NCBI GenBank assembly: GCA_030745835.1
Contig: JASLNU010000077.1
Coordinates: 4,521-68,520, forward strand
Direction of reading: 5' to 3'
From: Rhodospirillales bacterium
Lineage (GTDB): Bacteria > Pseudomonadota > Alphaproteobacteria > Rhodospirillales > UBA2165
Length of the DNA stretch: 64,000 bases
This document shows positions 28,654 through 37,376 of this stretch, in pieces; positions within the stretch are counted from its first letter, which is position 1, and the number at the start of each line of letters is the position of its first letter. The translations under genes were made by a program, and so were the position numbers. The notes below the pieces were generated by a model that did not search any database, was not told where the DNA came from, and worked only from the letters and a program-made list of their open reading frames with translations.

Positions 28654-29727
28654 ATGCAAGGGGGAACGATCGTGGCGGAACCGGAAAACCAGGCCGAACG
28701 CGAAGCCTATTACGCCAAGATCGACAAGACCGATATGTCGCCGCTATGGACCACCACCCTGGTACCGCCCCTGCCCAAGGATTTCGTCCGCGCCGTGCCC
28801 CATCTTTGGGATTTTGACAACCAACTGCGGCCCTTGCTGATCGAGGCCGGCGGCTTGATCACCGCCTTTGAGGCCAACCGGCGGGTTTTGTCGCTGGAAA
28901 ATCCGGGCCTCGACCAGCCGCCGCGGATTCTCGAAAGCCTCTATGCCGGCTTGCAGATGATCCTGCCCGGCGAATGCGCGCCGGCGCACAAGCACACGCC
29001 GTCGGCGCTGCGCTTCATCTTAGAGGGCGAGGGCGCCTGGACCGCCGTTTCCGGCGAAAAATCCTACATGAAGCCGGGCGATTTTATCATCACGCCGTCG
29101 ATGACCTGGCACGATCACGGCCATGACGGCGACGGCCCCTTTTTCTGGATGGACGGGCTGGATATCCCGATGGTCGCCGCCTTCGGCCCGATGTTCTTCG
29201 AGGGCTACCCGGAAGACCGCGCGCCGTTGCACCGCCCGCCCGGCGACAGCCGCGCCCGCTACGGCGCCAACATGCGCCCGGCCGGCGAAAGCTGGGACAA
29301 TCCGGAATCGCCGATCTTCCACTATCCGTACGAACCTTCGCGCGAAGCCCTCGAGGAATTGCGCAAAAACGACGAATGGGACCCTTATGCCGGCATCAAG
29401 CTGGAATATATCGATCCGACCACCGGCGGCAGCGCCATGCCGACCATGTCCACCTTCCTGCAACTCCTGCCCAAGGGCTTCAAGACCGAGGCATACCGAA
29501 GCACCGAAAACACCGTGTTTTCCCCGGTCGAGGGAACGGGCCGCATCATCGCCGGCGAACCGGGCGCCGAGAAAACCATCGAATGGAAGCCCCGCGATAT
29601 TTTCGCTATCCCCTGCTGGGTTGCCTACCGGCTGGAGGCGGACACCGAGGCCACCCTGTTCAGCTACACCGACCGGACGGCGCAAGTGAAACTTGGCCTC
29701 TGGCGCGAACTGCGCGGCAATGCCTGA
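28654..29727 (+). CDS. Gentisate 1,2-dioxygenase-like bicupin dioxygenase
   Basis: EREAYYAKIDKTDMSPLW..., AHKHTPSALRFILEGEGAWTAV and WHDHGHDG are typical of gentisate or 1-hydroxy-2-naphthoate dioxygenases. The start is uncertain (TTG 28642, ATG 28654 or GTG 28672). Confidence 0.75.
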   Translation: MQGGTIVAEPENQAEREAYYAKIDKTDMSPLWTTTLVPPLPKDFVRAVPHLWDFDNQLRPLLIEAGGLITAFEANRRVLSLENPGLDQPPRILESLYAGLQMILPGECAPAHKHTPSALRFILEGEGAWTAVSGEKSYMKPGDFIITPSMTWHDHGHDGDGPFFWMDGLDIPMVAAFGPMFFEGYPEDRAPLHRPPGDSRARYGANMRPAGESWDNPESPIFHYPYEPSREALEELRKNDEWDPYAGIKLEYIDPTTGGSAMPTMSTFLQLLPKGFKTEAYRSTENTVFSPVEGTGRIIAGEPGAEKTIEWKPRDIFAIPCWVAYRLEADTEATLFSYTDRTAQVKLGLWRELRGNA

Positions 29728-29790
29728 CTGGAAACGACTGAGCGCCACACAACGCGGCGTAATAAACCTTCAATACTGGAAACACCCGAT

Positions 29791-32127
29791 ATGAACGAAC
29801 GCATAGGAGACCCCGTCCGGCGCAAGGAAGACAAGCGCTTGATCACCGGCCAAGGCTGTTTCAGCGATGATTTCAACCAGCCCGGCCAGCTTTACGCCCA
29901 GGTCGTGCGCTCGCCGCACGCCCATGCCGCCATCCGCGGCATCGATACCGCCGATGCCGCCGCCCAGCCCGGCGTCGTCGCCGTCTTCACCGGCGCCGAT
30001 TTAGAGGCCGACGGGCTCAAACCGATTCCCCACAACCCGGTGCCGACCTCGGGCCTGGATATCACGCTGGTCAACCGGGACGGGTCGAAGATGGTTATCT
30101 GCCCCCATTTTGTCCTGACCACCGACCGTGTCCGTTATGTCGGCGAGTCGGTCGCCCTGGTCATTGCCGAAACGCTGGCCGCCGCCAAGGACGGCGCCGA
30201 GCGGGTTGCCGTCGATTACCAGCCCCTGCCCCCGGTCACGGTCACCAAGGACGCGGTCGAGGCGGACGCGCCGATACTTTACGACGGCCATGATTCCAAT
30301 CTCTGTATCGACGCCGATGTCGGCGACAGGCAAGCCGCCGAGGCCGCTTTCGCCGAGGCCGCGCACGTGGTCAAGTTCGAAACCTGGATCGGGCGCGTCA
30401 CCGGCGTGCCGATGGAGCCGCGCGCCGCGGTCGGCGTTTATGACGAGGATACCGGGCGCTACACCCTCTATGCCGGCGGCGGCAGCATCGTCCGCCCGAA
30501 AATGGAACTGGCTCATATCCTTGGGATCGAGCCCGACATGGTGCGCGTGGTGGCGAAGGAGGTCGGCGGCAATTTCGGCACCCGTAATTCCTTTTTCCCG
30601 GAATTCGCAATGATGCCCTGGGCGGCGAAAAAGCTGGGCCGCCCGGTGAAATGGACGGCCGAGCGTTCCGAATCCTTCCTCACCGATTACCAGGGCCGCG
30701 ATCTGCATGTGGAAGCCGAATTGGCGCTCGACGAGGATGGCAATTTCCTGGGATTGCGCGGTTCCAACATCGGAAATATCGGCGCCCACACCATATCCCT
30801 GGTGCCGCTGACCAAGGGCGTCGAGATCATGACCGGCGTCTATCGCATTCCGGCGGCATATTTCCGGGCGCGCGGCGTGCATTCCAACACGGCTCCGATC
30901 AATCCGTATCGCTCCGCCGGCCGGCCCGAGGTGATCTATGTCATCGAGCGGCTGGTCGATCTGGCGGCGCGCGAATGCGGCTTCGATGCGATCGAATTGC
31001 GCCGCCGCAACATGATCAAGCCCGACGAAATGCCCTATGCCAACGGCCTCGGCATGACCTACGATTCCGGCGCTTACGAGCAGGTGATGGACCAGGCCAT
31101 CGGCCTTTCCGACCTGCCCGGTTTTGCGGCGCGTAAAGCGGCATCGGCGAAGCGCGGCCTCCATCGCGGCCTCGGCATCGCCGCCTATATGGAAACCTCC
31201 ACCGGGGCGCCGCGCGAACGCACCGAGATGACCGTGCATCCCGAAGGCGGGATCGACGTCGTGATCGGCACCCTGTCCAGCGGCCAGGGCCATGAAACCA
31301 GCTTCGCCCAACTGATCACCGAATGGCTGGACGTGCCCATCGACGCGGTCAGCCTGATCACCGGCGACACCGACATCGTGGAGGTCGGCGGCGGCACCCA
31401 TTCGGGCCGCTCGATGCGGCTTGCCAGCGTCGTCATCGGCATGGCCACCGAGGTGATCATCGAAAAAGGCAAGCACATCGCAAGCCACGTCCTGGAGGCA
31501 TCCGAAACCGATATGGAATTCACCGATGGCCGCTTCGGCATCAAGGGCACCGACCGCTCCCTCGATATATTCGAGGTCGCCAAGGCGGCGATGGAGCGGC
31601 ACGATTTGCCCGAGGATCTGCAAGGGCCGCTGACCGGCGAGGGCGATTTCACCCAGACCAAGCCGGCCTATCCCTTCGGCTGCCACATCTGCGAGGTCGA
31701 GGTCGACGCCGACACCGGCCAGGTCGAGATCGTCCGCTATGTCGGCGTCGACGACGTCGGGCGGGCCATCAATCCCCTGATCCTGCACGGCCAGGCCCAT
31801 GGCGGCATCGTCCAGGGCCTCGGCCAGGCGCTTTTGGAAAGCACCGCTTACGATGCCGAGACCGGGCAGATGCACGGCGGCTCGTTCATGGATTACGCGA
31901 TGCCGCGGGCCGGCAACATGCCGTCCTTCATCGTCGAGATTTCCGAAGTGCCGACGCCGATCAACCCGCTCGGCATCCGCGCCGGCGGCGAGGGCGGCAC
32001 GACGCCGGCCCTCGGCGTCTTGGTCAACGCTATTGTCGATGCCTTGGCCGAATTCGGCGTCCGCCACGTGGAAATGCCGACGACGCCGGAAAAGGTCTGG
32101 CGCGCCATCCAAGTGGCGAGGGCATGA
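29791..32127 (+). CDS. Xanthine dehydrogenase/CO dehydrogenase-family molybdopterin-binding large subunit
   Basis: 778 aa: RKEDKRLITGQGCFSDD..., GGGFG-type motif (VGGNFG), ...RSAGRPE..., GGEGGTTPA. No adjacent FAD or 2Fe-2S subunit genes. Confidence 0.9.
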   Translation: MNERIGDPVRRKEDKRLITGQGCFSDDFNQPGQLYAQVVRSPHAHAAIRGIDTADAAAQPGVVAVFTGADLEADGLKPIPHNPVPTSGLDITLVNRDGSKMVICPHFVLTTDRVRYVGESVALVIAETLAAAKDGAERVAVDYQPLPPVTVTKDAVEADAPILYDGHDSNLCIDADVGDRQAAEAAFAEAAHVVKFETWIGRVTGVPMEPRAAVGVYDEDTGRYTLYAGGGSIVRPKMELAHILGIEPDMVRVVAKEVGGNFGTRNSFFPEFAMMPWAAKKLGRPVKWTAERSESFLTDYQGRDLHVEAELALDEDGNFLGLRGSNIGNIGAHTISLVPLTKGVEIMTGVYRIPAAYFRARGVHSNTAPINPYRSAGRPEVIYVIERLVDLAARECGFDAIELRRRNMIKPDEMPYANGLGMTYDSGAYEQVMDQAIGLSDLPGFAARKAASAKRGLHRGLGIAAYMETSTGAPRERTEMTVHPEGGIDVVIGTLSSGQGHETSFAQLITEWLDVPIDAVSLITGDTDIVEVGGGTHSGRSMRLASVVIGMATEVIIEKGKHIASHVLEASETDMEFTDGRFGIKGTDRSLDIFEVAKAAMERHDLPEDLQGPLTGEGDFTQTKPAYPFGCHICEVEVDADTGQVEIVRYVGVDDVGRAINPLILHGQAHGGIVQGLGQALLESTAYDAETGQMHGGSFMDYAMPRAGNMPSFIVEISEVPTPINPLGIRAGGEGGTTPALGVLVNAIVDALAEFGVRHVEMPTTPEKVWRAIQVARA

Positions 32128-32216
32128 GCGGCGCGATGGGTCCAAACAAATTCACAGACTCGGGCCGCCGGTTGGTTTACATTTGAACCCGATAACCGTG
32201 AATCGGGGGAGCAAGC

Positions 32217-33302
32217 ATGCCGGATCAAACCGTAATCGAACCCTTGCACGGGTCGAGGCGCGGCGGCCAGGCGATTGAAAGCCTGTGGTACACGCGCTGC
32301 CCGGTGCCGACCGCCAGTTCGATCGCCATCGATCACGGCTGGCTGGACGCCGAATTCGCCGACGAAGGCATCACCATCTCGTCCTTGCGCGCATCCGAAG
32401 CGCGCGAAGTGCGCGAATCCCACTTTGATCACCGGCAAGCGGATTCCTTCCGCCAAGGCGGCAATATACCACCGATCTGGACCCGCGCCGGCGGCGGCGA
32501 CATGGCGCTCATCGGGCTTACCTGGGTGGAGGAATACCAGGCGGTGCTCGCCCTGCCCGAATCCGGGATCAAGAATGTGCGCGGGCTCAAGGGCCGGCGC
32601 ATCGGGATTCCCAAGCGGGTCAATGACCAAATCGATTTTTTCCGTGCCATGTGCCTGCGCGGCGTGCTGACCGCGCTTGCCATCGAGGGGATGGACGAAA
32701 AAGATGTGGAACTGGTTTATCTTCCGGTCGAGGAGACCTATATCGGCGCCGACGCCGCCTCCCACAGCGGCACCCTTTGGGCCGGCGGCAACCGCGCCCG
32801 CCGTCAGAAGGCCGATAGCTTCGCCCTGATCAGGGGCGAGGTGGATGCCATTTATACGATTGGCGCGACGGGAGCCCATATGGCGGCATCCCTCGGCGCG
32901 GTCGAAGTCGCCGAGTTCGGCTTTAACGCCGATCCGGCGATAAGCGGCGGCAACGAAACACCGGCGGCGCTGACGGTAAGCGGCGCGCTGTTGCGCGAAC
33001 GCCCCGATCTGGTGGCGCGCTATATGAAGCAGTTGCTATTAGCGGCGCGCTGGGCCGAGGACAACCCGTGGGCCACGGCCGCAATCGTTGCCGCCGATGT
33101 CGGCGCCCCCCTGGAATGGGCCGGAGCGGCTTATGGTCCAGATTTCCACGCCAAGTTTGCGCCGGGCCTCGACGACGATTGGATCGCCGGCCTTAAGGCG
33201 CAAAAGGATTTCCTTTTGAAATGGGCCTTCATCGAAGGCGATTTCGATATCGACGATTGGATCGATTCGGGGCCCTTGGAAATGGCCCGCGCGATGCTTT
33301 GA
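32217..33302 (+). CDS. Cytoplasmic SsuA/NMT1-fold protein resembling DszB (2'-hydroxybiphenyl-2-sulfinate desulfinase) family
   Basis: 361 aa with no signal peptide. WYTRCPVPTA, ...SHF..., ...SFRQGGNIPP..., LKGRRIGI, DVELVYLP and TVSGALLRERPDLV...ARWAEDN parallel my recollection of DszB (YSNCPVPNA, VHF, YTRFGGEIPP, LAGRRIGV, DVELVPI, TVSSGLVRQRPGLV...GLWARDH). Confidence 0.55.
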   Translation: MPDQTVIEPLHGSRRGGQAIESLWYTRCPVPTASSIAIDHGWLDAEFADEGITISSLRASEAREVRESHFDHRQADSFRQGGNIPPIWTRAGGGDMALIGLTWVEEYQAVLALPESGIKNVRGLKGRRIGIPKRVNDQIDFFRAMCLRGVLTALAIEGMDEKDVELVYLPVEETYIGADAASHSGTLWAGGNRARRQKADSFALIRGEVDAIYTIGATGAHMAASLGAVEVAEFGFNADPAISGGNETPAALTVSGALLRERPDLVARYMKQLLLAARWAEDNPWATAAIVAADVGAPLEWAGAAYGPDFHAKFAPGLDDDWIAGLKAQKDFLLKWAFIEGDFDIDDWIDSGPLEMARAML

Positions 33303-33377
33303 GCGGCGCGCTTGGAGGCGGTTTCCGCCGCGGCTTAGGCGCCGGGCAGCGAAGAGTATTGATACGGCGGAGGAACC

Positions 33378-34726
33378 ATGGCAGGCGGTAAAGGTCCGGT
33401 GAGCAAGCCGAGGCGCACTGTCATCATGGGTGCGGCGGGGCGCGATTTCCATAATTTCAACATGGTCTATCGCGGCGATCCTGGCGCCGAGGTGCTGGCC
33501 TTCACGGCGGCGCAAATCCCCGGTATCGAGGGCCGCCGCTACCCGCCCGAGCTTGCCGGCCCGCTCTACCCCGATGGCATCCCGATCATCGAGGAAGCCG
33601 GCCTGACCGATTTCTGCGGCGCGCACGGGGTCAGCGAGATTGTCTTCGCCTATTCCGATGTCGAGTACGCCACCGTCATGCATCATGCCTCGCGGGCGCT
33701 CGCCGCCGGCGCCGACTTCATCCAGTTGGGTCCGGCGCGCACGATGATCGATGCGGCCAAGCCGGTGATCGCGGTATCGGCGATCCGCACCGGCTGCGGC
33801 AAGTCGCAGACCACCCGGCACCTGTCCAGGTTCCTGCGCGGCCGCGGCCTCGGGGTCGCCGTCATCCGCCATCCCATGCCCTATGGAGATCTCGCCGCCC
33901 AGGCGGTGCAGCGCTTCGCCAGCCTCCATGACCTGGCGGCGGCGGACTGCACCATCGAAGAGCGCGAGGAGTACGAACCCCACATCGCCGAGGGGACGCT
34001 GGTTTTTGCCGGCGTCGATTACCAAACCATCGGCGAAGCGGCCGCCAAGGAGGCCGATATCCTGCTCTGGGACGGCGGCAACAACGATTTTCCGTTCTAC
34101 CGGCCGGACCTGCATATCGTGCTCGCCGACGCCCTGCGCCCGGGCCAGGAAACCACCCACCATCCCGGCGAGGCGGTGTTGCGCATGGCCGATATCGCGG
34201 TCATCGCCAAGTCCGACGCCGCCGAAGCCGGCGCCATCGATGAGGTAACGCGCAATATCCGCGCCATTGTCCCCGATGTGCCGCTGGTCCATGCCGCATC
34301 GCCGGTGGTGCTGGATGACGCCGGCGCGGTTCATGGCAGGCGCGCCCTGGTGGTCGAGGACGGCCGACCCTGACCCATGGCGGCATGGCCCATGGCGCCG
34401 GGCTCATCGCGGCGCGCGAGGCCGGCGCCGGGGCCATCGTCGATCCCCGGAGTTCGGCGGCGCCGGCCATCGCCGAGGTCTATGAACGCTATCCCCATCT
34501 GGGGCCGGTGCTGCCTGCGGTCGGCTACGGCGCGGCGCAGGTGGCGGCGCTCGAGGCAACCATCGATGCCGCCGATGCCGAGGTGGTCGTCGCCGCGACG
34601 CCGATCGACCTGGCCCGCCTGATCGATGTCGGGAAGCCGATCATCCGGGCGCGCTATGCCTATGCCGATATCGATGCCCCCACCCTCACCGGCCTGGTCG
34701 GCGCGTTTCTGGATGGTATGAATTAA
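33378..34726 (+). pseudogene. COG2403-like predicted GTPase / cyclic 2,3-diphosphoglycerate synthetase-family gene, interrupted by a 1-nt frameshift
   Basis: Two ORFs (33378-34373 and 34385-34726) join into one reading frame if one C is added at 34362-34366 (GGCCGACC -> GGCCCGACC). That gives ...ALVVEDG-PTLTHGGMAHGAGLIAAREAG.... The downstream frame has no stop between 34355 and 34385. Confidence 0.6.
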
Positions 34727-34802
34727 TACCAAGGCGCGGTCTTTCGAAGCGGCTTCGTTGCTGGTAAAAGCGCCGAAACCAAGCCAGGGAAGGAAGCCAC
34801 CC

Positions 34803-35885
34803 ATGTTCTATCGATGCGCCCCCCATGCCCCCGCCACCGATCACGGCCACGGCATCCAAGTCGGCCAGGGCAAGAAGCATTTTACCGTCGACATCCATTG
34901 CCACGTGGCGGTGCCGGCGGCCGACGCCGCCCTCGAAGGCGCCGAGCCGTCGCAAAGGCAGAAAGCCAATGCCGAGCGCAACCCGCTGACCGCCGAGATC
35001 AACGCCCGCCAGGCCGAAAGCATCGCCGCCAACCTGACCGACCCCAAGGTGCGCCTCAAAGACATGGACCGCGACGGCATCGACGTGCAGGCCATATCGC
35101 CATCGCCGTTCCATTACAATTACGGCTATCCGGCGGACGCGACCCGGGAATCGTGCCGCATCATCAATGACCGGGTGGCCGAAATCGTGGCTGCGCACCC
35201 GGACCGCTTCGTCGGCATGGGCACGGTGCCGTTGCAGGACGCCGGCATGGCGGTCGCCGAAATGAACCGCTGCATCGATGATCTCGGCCTCAAGGGGATC
35301 GAGATTTCGACCAATGTCGACGGCAAGGAACTGACCCGCGCCGGCCTCGAAAGCTTTTTCGCCCGCGCCGAGGAAACCGGCACCCTGATCTTCATGCACC
35401 CGATCGGCACCAGCTTCACCGAACGCATGGACGACCATTATTTCCGCAACCTGATCGGCCATCCCCTGGAAAGCGCGCTGGCCGTCGGGCATCTGGTCTT
35501 CGACGGCTATCTCGACCGCTATCCCGGCCTTAAAATCTGCATCGCCCATGGCGGCGGCTATATCCCTTCCTATTGGGGCCGCTTCGATCACCCCTGGGAG
35601 CGGCGCGATGATTGCCGCGTAAATATCGGCACGACGCCGATGGAGCATGTGAAGAAGCTCTATTTCGACACTGTCGTCTTCAACGAGCCGCAGCTGCGCC
35701 ACCTTATCGAGGTCTGGGGGCCCGATCACATCGTCATGGGCACCGACTATCCGTTCGACATGGCCCAGCCCGATCCGGTCGGCCACGTCGATTCGGTCCA
35801 GGGCCTGAGCGACGCCGACAAGGCCCGGGTCATGGGCGGCAACGCCGCGAAGCTGCTCGGCATCGAAGTTCCGGCGGCGGCATAA
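34803..35885 (+). CDS. Amidohydrolase-2 (ACMSD/LigW/gamma-resorcylate decarboxylase-like) family protein
   Basis: FTVDIHCHV metal motif, ...LIFMHP..., IAHGGGYIPSYWGRFDH and VMGTDYPFD. I chose the ATG at 34803 after GGGAAGGAAG. Confidence 0.85.
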   Translation: MFYRCAPHAPATDHGHGIQVGQGKKHFTVDIHCHVAVPAADAALEGAEPSQRQKANAERNPLTAEINARQAESIAANLTDPKVRLKDMDRDGIDVQAISPSPFHYNYGYPADATRESCRIINDRVAEIVAAHPDRFVGMGTVPLQDAGMAVAEMNRCIDDLGLKGIEISTNVDGKELTRAGLESFFARAEETGTLIFMHPIGTSFTERMDDHYFRNLIGHPLESALAVGHLVFDGYLDRYPGLKICIAHGGGYIPSYWGRFDHPWERRDDCRVNIGTTPMEHVKKLYFDTVVFNEPQLRHLIEVWGPDHIVMGTDYPFDMAQPDPVGHVDSVQGLSDADKARVMGGNAAKLLGIEVPAAA

Positions 35886-35901
35886 GGGCGGCCATCGGGA
35901 A

Positions 35902-36888
35902 TCAAGGTATCAATAGCGTCGAGCCGGTGGTCTTGCGCGCCGCCGCGTCGCGGTGCGCCTTGGCGGCCTCGCGCAACGGGTAGGTCTGCCCGATGCGGAC
36001 CTTCACGGCGCCTGACTTGATCATCCGGAACAGGTGCCGGGCGCTGGCTTTGCGCACCTCGTGGCTGGTCATGTAATTGAGGCCGGCGGCGCGCGTAAAA
36101 TAAGCCGATTTCTGCGTTCCCTCTCGGGCCAGATCCAACGGCGGCGGCGTTCCAGACGCGCTGCCGAAATTGACGACCAGGCCACGCCGCCGGACACTGT
36201 CCAGCGACGATTGCCACAGATCCTTGCCGATCGAATCGTAGACCACATCGACGCCGACCCCCTTGGTGATGCGCATCACCGCATCGGTTAGGTCCTGCGG
36301 TTTCTTGACGACGATCGGATGTTTACAGCCGTGGCGCCTGGCGAGGCGTGCTTTTTCCTCGGTACCGACGGCACCGATGACGGTGGCGCCGACCGCCTTG
36401 GCCCACTGGCAGGCGATCAACCCGACGCCGCCGGCGGCCGCATGAAAGACGATGGTTTCGCCCTTTTTCAGCTTGTGCGTTTGGTTGAACAGAAATTGCA
36501 CCGTACATCCCTTGGAAATCGCGGCGGCGGCGGTTCGCTCGTCGATATAGGCGGGCAGTTTGATCAACGCGGCGGCGGAAATCAGCCTCGCCTCGGCGTA
36601 AGAGCCTTGCGGTCCGCCGCCGGCATAGCCGACGCGGGTCCCTGGCTTCAAACCCTTGACCCGGCGCCCGACCGCCTCGATGACGCCGGCGCCTTCGACG
36701 CCCAATCCGGCGGGCAGGCCGGGGAGCGGATAAAGGCCGCTCCGGAAATAGGTCTCGACCATGTTGAAGCCGATCGCCGTGTGGCGCAGCAACACTTCAC
36801 CCGGGCCGGGATCGGCAAGCTCAACCTGTTCCCACTTCATCACCGACGGCGCGCCAGTCTTATAAATACGGAATGCATGGGTCTTCAC
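35902..36888 (-). CDS. qor: NADPH:quinone oxidoreductase (zeta-crystallin/MDR family)
   Basis: 328 aa: ...GVEGAGVIEAVG..., VFHAAAGGVGLIACQWAKAVGATVIG. Confidence 0.85.
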   Translation of the reverse strand: MKTHAFRIYKTGAPSVMKWEQVELADPGPGEVLLRHTAIGFNMVETYFRSGLYPLPGLPAGLGVEGAGVIEAVGRRVKGLKPGTRVGYAGGGPQGSYAEARLISAAALIKLPAYIDERTAAAAISKGCTVQFLFNQTHKLKKGETIVFHAAAGGVGLIACQWAKAVGATVIGAVGTEEKARLARRHGCKHPIVVKKPQDLTDAVMRITKGVGVDVVYDSIGKDLWQSSLDSVRRRGLVVNFGSASGTPPPLDLAREGTQKSAYFTRAAGLNYMTSHEVRKASARHLFRMIKSGAVKVRIGQTYPLREAAKAHRDAAARKTTGSTLLIP

Positions 36889-37037
36889 GGGGCTCTCCTC
36901 ACTAATATTTGATTCTGATTGCGGCGATCATAAATCGAAACATTCCTCGAGGCCACAATCGGGGTTTTCGATTGCCGGGGCTGATGATGCGCGAACCTGT
37001 CCCCCGCCGAAGCCATGTGCGAAGCGCATGGCTTGGT

Positions 37038-37132
37038 GCGACATATTTCGCCGTAACGGGCATAGGCATCATTGGCTTTTATAGGCATTTGTTGGCTTTT
37101 CCGGGCATTTGAAGCAGAGAGACAGCGGACCG
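37038..37132 (+). repeat. Mosaic intergenic element, left module B (GCGACATATTTCG + 10-bp-phased GGCAT/GGCTT boxes with T-tracts)
   Basis: Aligns with 17787-17893. Boxes at 37065, 37074, 37084, 37094 and 37104. Confidence 0.6.
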
Positions 37133-37134
37133 TG

Positions 37135-37164
37135 GTAGGGGCCGGGTTTGAAACCCGCCCCTAC
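37135..37164. repeat. REP-like hairpin GTAGGGGCCGGGTTTGAAACCCGCCCCTAC
   Basis: Near-perfect 14-15 bp inverted repeat with one bulge. It translates to the spurious VGAGFETRPY. Confidence 0.6.
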
Positions 37165-37231
37165 GGCCAGCCGGCAAGCGCGCCATCGAAACCGGCCCAT
37201 TCACGATCTCAAATCAGCGTTTTACAGTATA

Positions 37232-37246
37232 GAACATATAGCGAAC
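37232..37246 (+). promoter_or_regulatory. GAAC-N7-GAAC motif (form of the alphaproteobacterial LexA/SOS operator)
   Basis: Exact GAACatatagcGAAC, in the block conserved with 18246-18280, 131 nt upstream of the start at 37377. Confidence 0.35.
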
Positions 37247-37376
37247 AAATGCAAGAAAAAACCGGCCTTTCCGGTGCGCCCGCAAGGTGCCTTGCGGAGC
37301 CCGAGGCAAGATGGCGTAATAGGCGCGCGAATCTAGAAGCATGGCGGGGGGAGGCCCCAAGGAATAAAGGCATCCG

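Noticed and set aside
30001-32145. 714-aa minus-strand ORF antisense to the Mo-hydroxylase gene. Similar long antisense ORFs occur at 6987-8072, 12441-13634, 33039-34334, 34686-35786, 41855-43024, 43932-45158, 50330-51520 and 53539-54921.
   Set aside because: All of them lie exactly opposite well-supported genes, lack recognisable motifs and have the composition expected from stop-codon-poor GC-rich antisense frames.
34355-34390. Programmed -1 ribosomal frameshifting at the COG2403-like gene (and similarly at dctM and hicA)
   Set aside because: No slippery heptamer (X XXY YYZ) or downstream pseudoknot is evident. Three unrelated genes with simple 1-nt indels are better explained by mutation or sequencing error.
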